Shown in pieces: positions 26,201 through 38,765 of a stretch of 64,000 bases of DNA. Position 1 is the stretch's first letter. Each line of letters starts with the position of its first letter. The notes beneath the pieces are model-generated. The model did no database searches. It saw nothing but the letters and a program-made list of their open reading frames with translations, and was not told where the DNA came from. This DNA is from Bilabrum cf. latius (taxonomy: Eukaryota): positions 124,001-188,000 of the forward strand of contig OZ237749.1 in assembly GCA_965178125.1 (NCBI GenBank), in the 5' to 3' direction. The translations under genes were made by a program, and so were the position numbers.

Positions 26201-29200
26201 CGCGGCCTCGAAGCCCCACACGAACTGCGTGGGGTCAGCCGCCAGCGCCTGTTCCTGTGCCTTGGCCTGCTTCAGGTCCCGGCCCGATGGCGCGGAGAGC
26301 ATCCGGATGGCCCCGCCCAGCCCGAACTGCGTGCTGCGCCTGCGCCTGGCTTGGCCCAGCCGCGAGTACAGGCCCCTGGGTGTCTGACCCGGGCCCGCGC
26401 CCGCCCTCCCCTGCGCCGCACCCGCCCTCCCCGCCCCTTTCAGCAGAGACCCCGCCCCTCTCGCCTCCGCCGCAGCGTCCCTCCACCACACGCAGGCGTC
26501 CAGCAGTCTTAGCTCAGCATCCGCGCCCACGGGCCCCAGGGCGGCCTGTTGGGACTCACTGGGGAACAACAAGGGGGACACGTCACGCAGAGGCACCACT
26601 TGCTGGCCCGCTGCCGTCCCATCGGCGTCCTCGTCCTCGCCCGCCTTGCGCTCTTCTTCTCTCTTTCCCTCCCTGCTGGCATTGCTGATGCTATTTAACC
26701 CCACCCAGTCCCACGCGGCTCCATACCCGTACCCCTGCCCCGCAGCCTGCACCAGCAGGGGATCCGCCAGCCGCAGGTCGTCCCAGACCCTGAACCCGCC
26801 CGCAGCCGCCATGAGCACCGCATCCAGCGCCTCCCCAGCCTCCCTCCTCAGCCTCCGCGCCTCGACGGGATCCAGCAGGGCCATGCTCGTGGCTGCCTCG
26901 TCCTCGTCCTCGTCCGTTTCTTGTTCCCTAGAGGGACCGTCCTCCGGACCCCCACCCCCTTGTTCCCTGGAGCCAAGTACCCCTCCCCTGGCGCCCGCCT
27001 CCTCCCCCTGCTGCGATGCTCCGAACAGCGACACATCCCCGCCCTTGTCCTTGCCATTGTCCTAGCCACCGGCACCCCTGTCATGCCCCATCCCCATCCC
27101 GAGCTCCACGGTCGTGCCCTCCTTGGCTCGGCGGAGCCTCTCCTCCCGGGCCCGTGCCAGGTCGGCCCGCTCGGACGCCACTGAGGCCCCCAGCCGCGCC
27201 AGGTCCCCTACAGACAGCCCAAGGACGCTAGCGCTCAGCGCCCTTCTCGCCCCCCCGGACATGATGCCGCCTGGCCCCAGGCGAGGATCGGGCGCCACTG
27301 CCCTGGCCCCTTGCCTGCGGATGGCCTGCCCCGTGGAGCTGGGCCCCTCCTGTCTCGCCCTGCGCACAGCCTCCAGGTCATCGTCCCTGCCCTCTTGGGG
27401 CTGTGCCGCGCCCTCCAGCGCCCAGCACACCGGGTTGGAAGCGGTGTCTGCCTCCGCTGCCACGTCCAGCGTAAGCGCCGCATCCTCCAGCAGAGAGGCG
27501 AACGCCTGCGTCTGGGTGAGCCGGGCCACGAAGGGGCGCCAGTGGGGAGGCCTGGACGCCAAAAAGGCCAGCCTGTCGAACCGCACCACTGCGCCCCATT
27601 GGAACCTGTCCGGAACAGCGCACGGTGGAGGCAGGGAGGATGCAGGGGAGGAAGCGTCTGCATCGTCGTTGCCCTTTCCCGTACTAGTGTTGGCCTTGTC
27701 TCTGTCTTTGCCCTTGTCTTGCGCAGCCTCTTGCTTCTTGTCGAGCTGCTGCTCCTGTTTGTCTACCTCTTTATTCTCTTTCTCCTCCCCGAGCACCACG
27801 CCCGCTTCCAGCCCCCTCTGTTCGCACACCTGCGCCACGGCCCGCAGGAAGATGCCCCACGCCAGCCGGATGCGCCTCAGCTGGGCCGAGGTGGAGGCCG
27901 CCTGGACCAGAGAGGCGGGCCCCGCCGCGATCTCCACCGACATCACGCGGTCGTAAGGGCACGCTACAAAGGGAGAGTGTGAGGCGACCTGAGGCCACGA
28001 GCCCGCGCGCCCCGTGCACGCCCCTGCCTCGGCCAGCTCCAGCAGCGCGGCCTGCTCCTCTGGGGAATCGAACTCGCTGCCTGGACAGCTCTTGGAGTAC
28101 AGGAGCGGCGCCTCCTCGCCCTCCGCCAGCAGGTCCTGCATGTCCACGTCGGACCGACGGGCCGCTTCCTCCTCCTCCTCGTCCTTTTTGTCTTCCTCGT
28201 CCTGCCACCGGGGAATGGACCCGTGTTCCCTGCGGCGGGCCTCCTGCGGGCACCACTCCACGGGAAAGCCCCCGGGCGGAAGGCCCAGCCGGGCGCTCAG
28301 GGCACGCAATGATCCACCCGCGGGGGCAGCAGGGGAGGCGTCCCCGGGGGTGGAAGCCGTCTGCTGACCCCTCGTTGGGGACATGACCCGGCCAAGCAGA
28401 CCCCCACTCCGCGAGGGGGACCCTGCGGGAGTGCCCTGCCCCGAGCCAAGCCCGGGCATGGCGGGCCGCGCGATGCGGGGCGGCGGAGAGTGCGGGCTGC
28501 CCACCGGGGATCGAACCTGGGAGGATGGGTCGGCGGACCCACGGCCTCCCGGCGGCGGCCGGGGCGGCTGCCTAGAATCACCCCCGCAGGCACTCGGCTG
28601 CCCCGCCGGCCCCGGGGCATGTGAAGTCAGCCCACCGAGCATGCTCCTGGTGCTGCCCTGCCTACTGAGCGCCGCCTGGCCCGCCTCCTGGGTCAGCCGC
28701 CTCCCGCTCAGGAACCGCCGGAGACCCCCCATCATGCCCTGCCCCGCCGCGGTGCGCCGCGCCTCCGCCTGCCTCCTCCTCCTGATCCTCGCCTCCCTGG
28801 CGGCGCGCGCCCCCTGCGCCCTCGCCACCAGCAGAGAAGGGAACAGCGCAGGGGCGATCACCTCATGCACGCACTCACGCACCGACCCCACGCCCGCACC
28901 AGGCCCAGCCAGCGCGTCCAGGGCCTGGGACAGCTCAGCTGCCGCTTCGGACACCGCGGCGGAAGAGCCCAGGGGAGCTGCGTCCGTCTCAGCGCGGCCG
29001 CCGCCGCCCACGGCACCCGGGGTGCGGGGAGCGCCATCGTGGGCTGCACCCTACGTCCCGTCAACCTTCTCCTCCCCATGCGCATCACTCGTCACACCGG
29101 ATCGGTCGCTTTCACCGGTGCCTGCTCTCCTCCTCGCCTATTCCCGCCGGTACCTCTTCAGCACCTTCCCCGCCCCCGCCAGCTGGGACCACCCGAGCGC

Positions 29201-31492
29201 CCTGTGCTGCCGCTGCAGGCCCCTGGGCACCGCAACCACCGTCAGGAACTCCCTGTACCCGTGCAGTAGAGCCGAGGTGCAGTCAAGAAAAGCGCACCTT
29301 ACCTTCGTCACCCAGTCGCTGCGCACGTCAACCGCCAGCCCGGTACCCTCCAACTCCAAGGCATGCCCGCTCCTAGCCGCAGCGGCATGGGCACGGCCCT
29401 TGGCATCTGCGGCGTCCTGCCACCCCACGTGCCCGGGTGCCACCGCAGTGCAATGGTTCTCCCCATCCGCTACGCCCGCCCCTCCCCCTGCCTGTCCACC
29501 CGCCGCTGCCCCGGGCGATGGTGCCCCCGCAGCTGCAGCACCCGATCCGCCACCGGCAGCTGCCCCGCTCCCGCGCGCCCACTCCTCCTCCTCCCCCTCC
29601 ACCGATGGCACGTGCGCCAGAAGCTGCGCTTCCAGTCGACGGAAGAGCTCCGCCGGCAGCGAAGGGCTGTCGCTCCCAGACCCTGGCGCGCCCGGCGTGA
29701 ACTCGCCCTGCAGGAGAGCCTCCGCCTGCGCTGGTCCAGAGCACAGCGGAGGCACGATCTTCTCGTCGCCTGCGGCCTCCCCCCACGCGCCGTCGGGGGC
29801 GGGGAGGGAGGGTATCTGGGATGGTGATTTGCGGTGGGCTGCTCCTCTGGTGCCCCGGGGGGGGACAGGCTTCTTCGAGGAGGACGACGAGGACTAGGGC
29901 TTGGACCCTACCCCTGTCATCACGCGAGCTCCCGAGGAGGAAGAAGAGGAGGACGATGATGACTTTGCTCCGGACCGCTCTCCTGCCACTGCGTCTGTCA
30001 ACGCCGCCGTCTCAGGGGCTTTTGGACCTGCACCAACAGCCGCCGGCACCGCCCGCCCCGTCCTCAGCAGCAGCCCGGCAGCCAGCCGATCCAGCTGGAG
30101 CACCGCCCCTGCGCCTCCCCCTCCCCCTCCCCCCGTCAACCGCACAGCCACCGTCTCACCCGCCCGCTTGGCCTCTGCCGCCCCCCGGCCCGCCCCGTGG
30201 TGCCCCCACTCCTGGTCCAGGTGCACCAGGTAGCACGAGAGCACCGCCTCCGCGCCCCCCTTGAGCCCCAGGTAGTCCGTGTGCACGCCCATGACCAGAG
30301 GCACGGGGGCAGAGAGATACTCCAGAAGACTCAGGGGCAGCAGTGGGACGTAGACGTGGGACCAGCACAGGGGCAGCAGCAGCGCCTGCAGAGCTTCGGC
30401 TGCCATGGTCAGCCTGGCCGGGTGCTTGGAGTGCAGCAGCACGCGCTGCTCACACAGCAGGGCGGCGTACAGTCGCACCACCCCGCGCGGGGGCAACAAC
30501 CGGAACAAGGTACGAAAAGCCTCCGTGCTCGCGGCGGGCAGGAGGCGGGCCCCTGGGTGCCTCCAGAGGGCGCCAGCAGTGGACCCGGGGCCTGCCAGTG
30601 GCCCGATCCCTGCCGTGCGGGTGTCCGACCCAGACCCAGGCGGCATGCCTGCCTCCAGCAAGACTGCCCTGAGATTCGAAGGAGCCGTGCTTGCTTTGCC
30701 CGTGCCTCCAGCACTGGCAGGGGGCGGGGCCAGCTGCCTCGGCGGGTGCGGCCCATTGGCATTGGGCGGCTGCAGCAGGCTGGGAGCCAGCAGGGCGAGG
30801 TGGAGGGCAGCGGCAGCGGCCGCGCGCACCGGGCTAGACCCCGTGGCCGCGATGGCGGCGCTGGCCAGGGGCCACACGGATGCGAGGAGAGAGTGGCAGA
30901 CCGCCACGGGCATCCAGGGCTCGGCCACGAAGCAGACGGCCAACGGACCGCGGACGCCTGGCAGGCGGCGGAGGGGCACGCTCGCTCTTAAGCAGTGCCC
31001 CAGGCTGCGAGCACCGTCCACGTCCGTCAATACAAAGCTATAGGGCGATGCGATTGCAAACTGATCGGCATCGCTCCTCCCGGCCGTTCCAGCCTCGGTC
31101 ACGTTACCTGTCGCTCGAACTTCTGCTTTCTCGAGCTCCAGCTCCACGCCGTCTGGGCAGCAAAACAGCGCGATAGAATCCGGCAATGGACGCCTTGAAT
31201 GATCCTTGGGCGGATACCTGGCGAGGACCTGAGCCTCCACGATCGGCAGAGATTGATCCGCTCGTGCACCGGTAGCACCAGAAGGAGCACCCGCATCCTG
31301 CATCGGCTCCTCGTTGGTCAGCGATGCTACGTACTCGGCTACTTCGCCGTCTGATAACAATGATTCATCCACACCGACCACGCACGCATATCGGATAGGT
31401 CCGAGCAGCTCCGGCGGCGCGGATTGATGCTTGGGTCTCCGCCTTTGCATCGCTTGCATCGCAGTAGAAATCACTGCCGTGGACTCATTCAT
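23234..31492 (-). CDS. Giant DENN-domain protein (putative Rab GEF, ~2752 aa); 6 in-frame TAGs
   Basis: uDENN ARYPPKD..LPDSIALFCCPDG; cDENN LLCEQRVLLHS..LPLCWSHVYVPLLP..LSAPVPLVMGVH; dDENN VRCAFL..LLHGYREFL and FDRLAFL..PFVARLTQTQAFASLLE. Six track ORFs share one frame, joined by TAG at 29894, 29138, 29051, 27062, 25790 and 23465. Ends at TGA 23234. Confidence 0.85.
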
Positions 31493-31670
31493 GCATTCAA
31501 GCTGCCACTATTTGAATAAACTATCGCACGTTGAGCTATAGGAGTACAACTCTGAGCGCAATGTGCCGCATGCAAAGCAGCATTCGTCACTTGGCCAGCC
31601 TCACCGACGAAACCTGCAATGCTACTATTCTGCTGCATACTTTTGCCGTCAAGTGGGATACGTACGCTTC

Positions 31671-33154
31671 ATGCCGGCCCCTAGGAGGGCGGTGGGTGCT
31701 CTGCGGCGCATAATGTCGGGTATTCAGCCGACTGGAATTCCTACGGTTGGCAACTACATAGGAGCTCTGGCCATGTGGGAGAGGCTGCAGCACTTGAGCG
31801 TTGAACCGGCCATGTTTATGCTAGCAGACTTGCACTCTCTCACGGTACCATTTGACCCGAAGGAAGTGCACGCTCGCAATTTGTAAGGTGGCAATCACTT
31901 GCCCAAGACGTGTGGCCGCTGTCCGACCAGTTCGCTGGAACCAATGCAGCGTGTTTCTCTGTTGTCCCGATTAATTTCCGCAGGCGCACCGCAGCAGCCA
32001 TTCTGGCGTGCGGCATCGACGCGTCTAAGGCAGCCCTATTCCGGCAGTCTGCCATCCCCGAGCACGCGGACCTCGCGTGGCTGCTTGCCTGCCACACACC
32101 ACTGGCCGCCGTGCAGGATAACCACCAGCTGCGGGACAGGCTTGCGCAGCTGGAGAAACAGCGCAACGACGGCTCTCTCTACGACGACAAGCTCCGCGGC
32201 GGCGTGGCGGGCGCCTCGCTCGGCCTCCTGTCCTACCCTGTGCTGCAGGCATCTGACGTGCTCGTCTGCAGGGCCACCGGGGTGCCCGTGGGGGACGACC
32301 AGCGGCAGCACCTGGAGCTGGCCAGGGACGCAGCCAGGGCGCTCAACAGAGCGTGCGGGAAGCCAAAGAAGAGACCCAGGCCGGGCCACTTCGCGTACCC
32401 GCGACGACGGGAGCAGGAGCAGGGGCAGGTGGAAGAGGGGGAGGGACAGGAGGGGGAGCTGCCGTACCGCCCCCGACACGTGGTGCCACCCCCCGTGACA
32501 CTGTCCGCGGCAGCCCCCTGGAGCCGGATCATGTCACTGCGCGACGGCCGCCGCAAGATGAGCAAGAGCGACCCCTCGGCCCAGTCAAGGATAGAGCTCT
32601 TGGACTCGCCGGACGACATGGCGCGCAAGATTCGGAGGGCGAAAACCGACTCCGGGTCTGGGTTCGCGGTGGACCCGGAAGGGAGGCCGGAGCGAACGAA
32701 CCTTCTCTAGCTGTTTGCCGCCCTGGAGTCGGTGCACGCGATCCGAAACACGGACACGGACCGTGACGGGGGTGCGGTGGATGCTGCGGGCGGGCACTAG
32801 GCTAGCGGTGGCGATGGATCCACTGTATCAAGCGGACAAGAGGCTAGTGTAGACGATACGGTGGTGGATGTAGCCGGCCTGGTGTTCCCCGAGGGTCGCA
32901 TGACGAGTGCAGAGGAGGTGGCTCGTCGGTTCGACGGCCGCGAGGGCGCCACCACCGCCTTCAAGGAGGAGCTGGCGGAGCTGTGCGTGGCGGTGCTGGG
33001 GCCCATCGGGGGCAAGATGGGGCGCCTGCTGGAGGACGAGGAGCACCTGCTCGAGGTGCTGAGCGGGGGCGAGCAGCGGGCCAGACGGATAGCTGCGGGG
33101 ACGGTGGATGACGTGAGGGAGCGGCTGGGACTCGCGCCAGTCGCCAGGATGTGA
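31671..33154 (+). CDS. WARS2: Tryptophanyl-tRNA synthetase, bacterial/mitochondrial type; intron 31883..31983; 2 in-frame TAGs; start uncertain
   Basis: [16 protein letters not shown] (HIGH-like), [33 protein letters not shown]. The anticodon-binding domain [19 protein letters not shown] continues past TAG 32708 and 32798 to TGA 33152. The GTAAGG...CAG intron restores the frame. Confidence 0.9.
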
Positions 33155-33370
33155 CTTGCTTGGCGAGAGAGCGGGAGGTTGGTGATTCCGTTTGGCTTGC
33201 CACTTGAACAGACATTGGGACAGAAGAAAATCGAAATTTCAAACCGGAACTGATCCTGCGAGTCACATGGGCGCTTGGCATGGGCAAGCAAACATAGACC
33301 CACTCAAGCACCAGTCCCCAGCCGTACCGCGGATCACGCCCCCCCGCTTCCCCCCCCTCCTCCACCTCCA

Positions 33371-36300
33371 TCACCCCTCGAACTCGATCCCTTCCTCCTC
33401 GGCCCTTTTCTTCCTCTCCTCCACCTTGCGCCGGGCGTCCTCAAACCTCGGGTGGGACCTTTGCAGCTCCTGCACGTCCTCGTTGCTCTCCGGCAGAGTC
33501 GCCACGATGTACCGCAGCGCAGAGTCCACGTTGCTCAGCACCCTGTAGGACCGCCTCTTCCTCACCTCGCCCCCCGGGCCGGGCTCACCGTCCTCCTCGC
33601 TCCACATCTCCGCCTTGAGCGACTCGAGGGCAGGGGACCACCGCACCAGCGAGGTCATCGTCTCGGGTGTCACCAGAGGCAGGCCGCACATGCTCAGGTG
33701 GCGCAGGGAACCGGCCCCCGCCCTGGCCACGGCCACTAGCCCGGAGCCGTCGATCTTGCGGCAGCCCCTCACGTCGATGTGCGTCATGCGCTTGCAGCCC
33801 CTGGCCAGCGCACGGAACCCGTCATCCGTGAAGTCCACGCACCCGGGCACAAGCAGCTGCTCCAGCCGAGGGCAGTGCTTCCCCAGCTCCTCCAAGAAGT
33901 CGTCCGTGGTGCGGTGGAGGTACTCCAGCCCGATCCGCCGCAGGTTAGGCAGCAGCCTGGGCAGCTGGCACAAGTCCTTGTTAGGGATCTGCTGGCACAA
34001 GCCCAGGTCCAGCTCCTCCAGCACGGGCGCATACGACGCGATGAGCAGGAGGTTCTCCGGACGGATGGACAGGCACCCGTGCAGGTTGATGCCTTTGACG
34101 CCCGAGGCGAAGAGGGGCCGGGGCAGGGCGCCGTGCAGCAGCCTGGCCCGCATCGCCAGGCCCCTCTCCTCCGCGCTGTGCTCCGAGGCGGGGGGCAGGA
34201 AGGGACCGTCCTGGTGGAACCGGGCCGCGGGGTCTGACCCGCTGGTCGAGGTGGTGGTGGATGGGGAAGACGAAGAAGACGCATCGCCCTTGGCACCACC
34301 AGCTGCGGCAGGCGACAGAACCGCGGCCGGGTGCGGCTGGGTCGGTGCCGAGGCGGGCATGGGCAGGACGTGCTGGCAGTAGTCCAGCGAGGGAGCGGGG
34401 AAGCCCTCCTCTCTAACCAGTCCACCCCTCCGGTTCCAGGGGTGCAAGCAGTTGAGCGACAGCTGGCTCTGCGCCTTGCTCGCGGCGATGCGCGCCTCGT
34501 CCTCGGCAGCCTGCCGCACCATCTCGTCCAAGTCCTCGACGCTGCCAGCGGCCGCAGTGGCAGCGGTAGTGACGGCATGGGCCGACCGGATCCGCTGCAG
34601 CTGGTAGGGGAACTGGAAGATGTCCGCGCACGCGCACGTGTAGTACACCACGCGCTGCGAGGCCAGCTCGTCCGACCCCCGGGGTGCGTGCCGCACGTAC
34701 CAGGCCAGCTCCGCCTCCCGCCGGCGCCAGTGGGCGGCTTCTTCGTCCTCGGGGCCCGGCATCGCACCGGCCCCGGATCCGTCCGCCTTGGGCTCGTGCT
34801 CCTTGCGGAGTGCCACCAGCTGGGGGCCCATGGGCCTGACGGGGCCGGTGGTCGCTGGGGCGGCGGCGGCGCCACCCCCTGCCCCGCTGGCGGGTGCGGC
34901 GGGCCCGCTCTCCCCCTCCATGGGGGCCTGTCGCACGGGGTCGGCAGGCCTCGGGGGAACCGTCGCGGGGAGCATCGTGTGGCACCGCGCGTCCACGGGT
35001 AGCTGGTTGGGCGCCTCGTTGGTGGGCGCTGCCAGCTTGAGGTCGTCGTCCGCGGGGCACAGGCCCGCCCTCCTCGTCTCCAGGTAGGCCTCCACGGCCG
35101 CCCGGCGGGACACTGCGATGCACGCCTCCACGTCCAGGTTGGGGTTCATGATCTGCGTGCCCATCTGCTCGGCGCGGTGGGGCAGGTGCGAGGCCAAGAA
35201 GAGCTCCATGTTGTGCCGGGCCTCGGGGGCGTGGATGCTCTGCGTCTGGGCGAGGAGTGTCTCGGCCACCTCCAGGCTGGGGTTCTCGCAGGCCCTGTAG
35301 CCCCTCCTGAAGGCGGGGTGCAGCCAGTCCTGAGGGGCATCAGCGGCGGCCCGTCCCGTGTTGGCGGCGACGTCCGGCGTGTAGGGCGGCTCGTTGACTG
35401 CGTTCAGCTCTTCCATCTCGAAGAGGTCCTGGGGCTCCTCTTTGGCCAGGTCGTGCGCCAGTCTGACCACCTCCTCGCCCTTGGGCTGAAGCGGCTCCAC
35501 CTGCATGCCGCACCGGATGGTGTGCCACCAGTCCACGTACCTCACTCCCTCGCCCACGGCTCCGGTCCACCGCGGGAAGGCGGTGGCCACGTCTTGCCGG
35601 GGCACTGCCTTGGAGGAGGCAGCTGCTGTGCCGGCAGATGAGGAGGAAGAGGAAGAGGAAGAAGAGGGAGACGCTTTCTTCTCATCGCCGGGCTTAACCC
35701 CGGGGCAGCCCATCTGCTTGAGCGTGGCCACGGCTGCATCGCACTGCAGGTCCTCCAGGGTCTCGGGCCCCGCCCCCTGCGCCTGGGACAGGGGATGCTG
35801 CGCCAAGGCCGGCTCCAGACCCATGAAGGCCAGCACGTGGCCCGCAGTGGCCCAGCGGCAGTGCCCGAAGTCAAGCCGCCTCGCTGTTCCCTGGGACTTG
35901 CGGAGGAGCCCGTCGAGCAGCTCCAGCGGCGGGTTGGAGAGGCCCCCCAGCAGCTGGCCCAGGGGCAGCTCGTCCATGAGTCCACCGGTGGACAGCATGC
36001 GGTCCACCCGTCGACTCAACCGACAGGCCCGGCTCCGCTCGGGCAGCGGCAGAAACCGCATGATGTTCACCACCACCCCTGGGGGCAGTGCCTGCAAGCC
36101 CCTGGAAGCAGCCCCCCCCCGCAGCGCCGCCTGCGCCTCCTTCTGGGACCCGGGGGTGACCCCGCTCTTGCCGAGGGACGACCAGTCGGCGCCTGTGCCG
36201 CCCACGGCCCGCTCCTCTCCCGCTTCCCCCGCGCCCAGACCATCCATCCCGCTCCCGTTCTTGTTCTTATTCTTGCCCGCGTCGTTGCCAGCGGCCCGCA

Positions 36301-37309
36301 TCCTGGCCCTGACCCTCGCCTCGGACTCGGAGCCGGCTCCCAGGACGATCCTCCCGTCCGCCTCCGTGGCCGCCAGCTCCGCCCTCGCCTTGGCCTCCTC
36401 CAGCGAGGGCAGCGCCCTGGGCCCGTCGATGTCCAGGCGCGGCCGCTCGAACATGCGGAAGCTGGCCACCAGCCGCGTGTCCCTCAGGCGGGGCTGGGGC
36501 GTGGGAGACGTCTCCACGAGCTTGAAGGCGTACCTGCCCTGGTGGTCGTGCAGCAGCTCCAGCACATCACCGGGGACCATCCGGCAGTAGCGCTCCTTGG
36601 CCACGCGGGCCTGCCGCTGGCGGGCCCCGCTGATCACCCTGGAGGCGTTCTTCCCTTGCTGCGGCGAGGAAATCGGTTTGAAGGTGCGAGCAATCGAGGC
36701 AAATGCAGTCAAAGGTTGGGGAAAGTGTGAGATGATGCCGGTGTTGGAGCTTAGGTTTGTTTCCTGTGCGATGCGAAGTGCGCGCAAGAACACCCGTACG
36801 GTGGGTGGGACTGGCCGAATTCACCAGGCTGCGCTCGTTCGAAGCCCGCTCACGTTCTGCATGTGCACCATGCCGATTCCATTTCGATCGAATTGCATCA
36901 CGAATTGGCACTGGACCCTGGATATGTGCGGGTCGTTGAGGTCGCGCTGGTGCGAGTGACGGCCAACCTCAACCACCTTGTTGAGCGGCAAGTCGACTGC
37001 GAACGATATCGGAAGAGAAAGAAACGCTAGCAAGAGGATTATGTTACCATAGAGACTATTCGCAAATGTCGTGCGTCACCTCTGATCCAGCGATACATAC
37101 CGGCAAATGCGACTGGATCTCCACAGGGAGACGAGCAAGGGCTGATCAGGCAATTGCAAACGGTTCGAGCACTCACTTGCAATGTCAGGTGCAAAGCATG
37201 GCACCAAAACAAATCTATTGATCGGATCACTTGCCGAATCGAACGGTTCCTGGTCCTGCGGCGGACCGTCGGCGGCGTCTTGGCCACGCTCGTTTGGTGT
37301 TCCAGCCAT
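33371..37309 (-). CDS. FHA + F-box + leucine-rich-repeat protein; predicted introns 37027..37176 and 36659..36853
   Basis: FHA-like VEVGR..DPHISRVQC..QN|QGKNAS..PGDVLELL; F-box LQALPPGVVVNIMRFLP..ACRLSRR; cysteine-containing LRRs (LEELDLGLCQQI, CPRLEQLLVPGCVDFTDDG). GTGAGT and GTGAGC donors with phase-compatible acceptors. Ends at TGA 33371. Confidence 0.8.
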
Positions 37310-37580
37310 ATTCTAGCCTCTGCTTAGTCACTGAATCTATGAGTAATGACAGTATAAAAAGTAATTGGGCTATTTGCGGCAAGCACGAACCGTTTTGCAG
37401 TTGGAATGACGCAGTTGTTGTAATCGACCGCTGTGGATCGGCCCGTTCGTCACACGACGAGAGCACCGCTGGATTGCCAGGTCTCGCGCTGCGGCAGCGT
37501 TGGCCTCACGGCATCACCAGATCTTTGCTTGCGGCACATTTTCCTGGAGGGAGGATGACAATACATTGAAGTGAATCTTG

Positions 37581-38566
37581 TTACACCCTGCCAGTCACAT
37601 CAGCCAAGCACCGGCCCTCCAGCCGCCCCGAGCCTGCGTCCCTCCTCGCCGCAGCACTGGCACGGCGCAGTGGCACTGCTCGCTACCCCGGCGGCACGCT
37701 CATACCAATGCACGCAGGCGGAGCCTTTCCTGCATGCGAAACGGGCGCCTGCAGGCAGGACCGACCACTGTTGGCTCCCTGCGCCAGCGGCGACCCCGCC
37801 CTCGCGGCCCCACCGTGGCCGCCGGTGCTCCCGGTGCCGCCCACCAGCGGGTTCGCGTGAAACTCGGAGGCGTAACACCGGTCAAAGACCGCGTCCACGG
37901 CCGGTGCAGCTCTATCTCCAACCGCGGTGCGGGTCGCCTTGACTGCCTGCGCGCGTGAGCTGCGGCGACGCGAGCCGAGCGGCAGGAAGAAGACCGTGTC
38001 CTCCATGAAGCGGCACTCTGCGAACTTCGCTGCTCGAACCTCGGAGCATGCCAGATGCTGCGCATCTGAGAGGTCGAGACCAAGTCTATCATTGTCAATG
38101 GCATGCTGCAGCTCGTGAATCAGGACCGTTTCTAGCTCTCCAGGATGCTGCAGTCTGTCGGAGCAGACGACTATGCGGGATGGAGGGCTCAAAAAGTACG
38201 CCCTCCCGTCCGGCTTCCCGGACGGCGACAAGAATTGTTTCTTCTGCGAAAAGAATCCAAGATAAGGACTTGCATGCGCAGCTCGCACCGCGGTGGAGAC
38301 CGAATCTAAGCTAACACTGAGATTCAGTGGGACCTCACTTGGCCGCATTCCATGCAGTGTACCTCAATCGAGGGAATCTTCCGCCCAGCATGGGGAAGGG
38401 ACGGACTGGAATCAGCCGCAGCGGGTTTTGATAGAGTTTTGGTCCCGCATCGAACCTAAGCCCGAAAGAATTGCAGCCTAGCCGCAACTGCGCCTGTGGC
38501 GTCGTCGATGAGCTGCTAGAGGGACTGGCATGCTACCTCCAGGTCTGATCTGCTTTTATCTACCAT
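37581..38566 (-). CDS. ATP23: Mitochondrial inner-membrane metalloprotease ATP23 (peptidase M76); intron 38244..38338; 3 in-frame TAGs
   Basis: HCMEC|...IVVCSDRL..LIHELQHAID..HLACSEVRAA..C (HEXXH). Exon 1 from ATG 38566 has TAGs at 38516 and 38456; another TAG at 37683. Ends at TAA 37581. Confidence 0.85.
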
Positions 38567-38765
38567 GCATCAACGCTTACACTGTAGTTATTGTGCAATG
38601 CAATGGTTGTTTCTCGTGCGACCACAGGACATCATTGCGACCTCAGGAACGATCGTCATCGAGAACTTGCTCGCGCTCACCCCCGCGGGCGAGCACAAGG
38701 ACAGCTGTCTGTTTCACACAACAAGACGTCCAAAAGAGGAGCAGAATACACCATACATCGCACCA

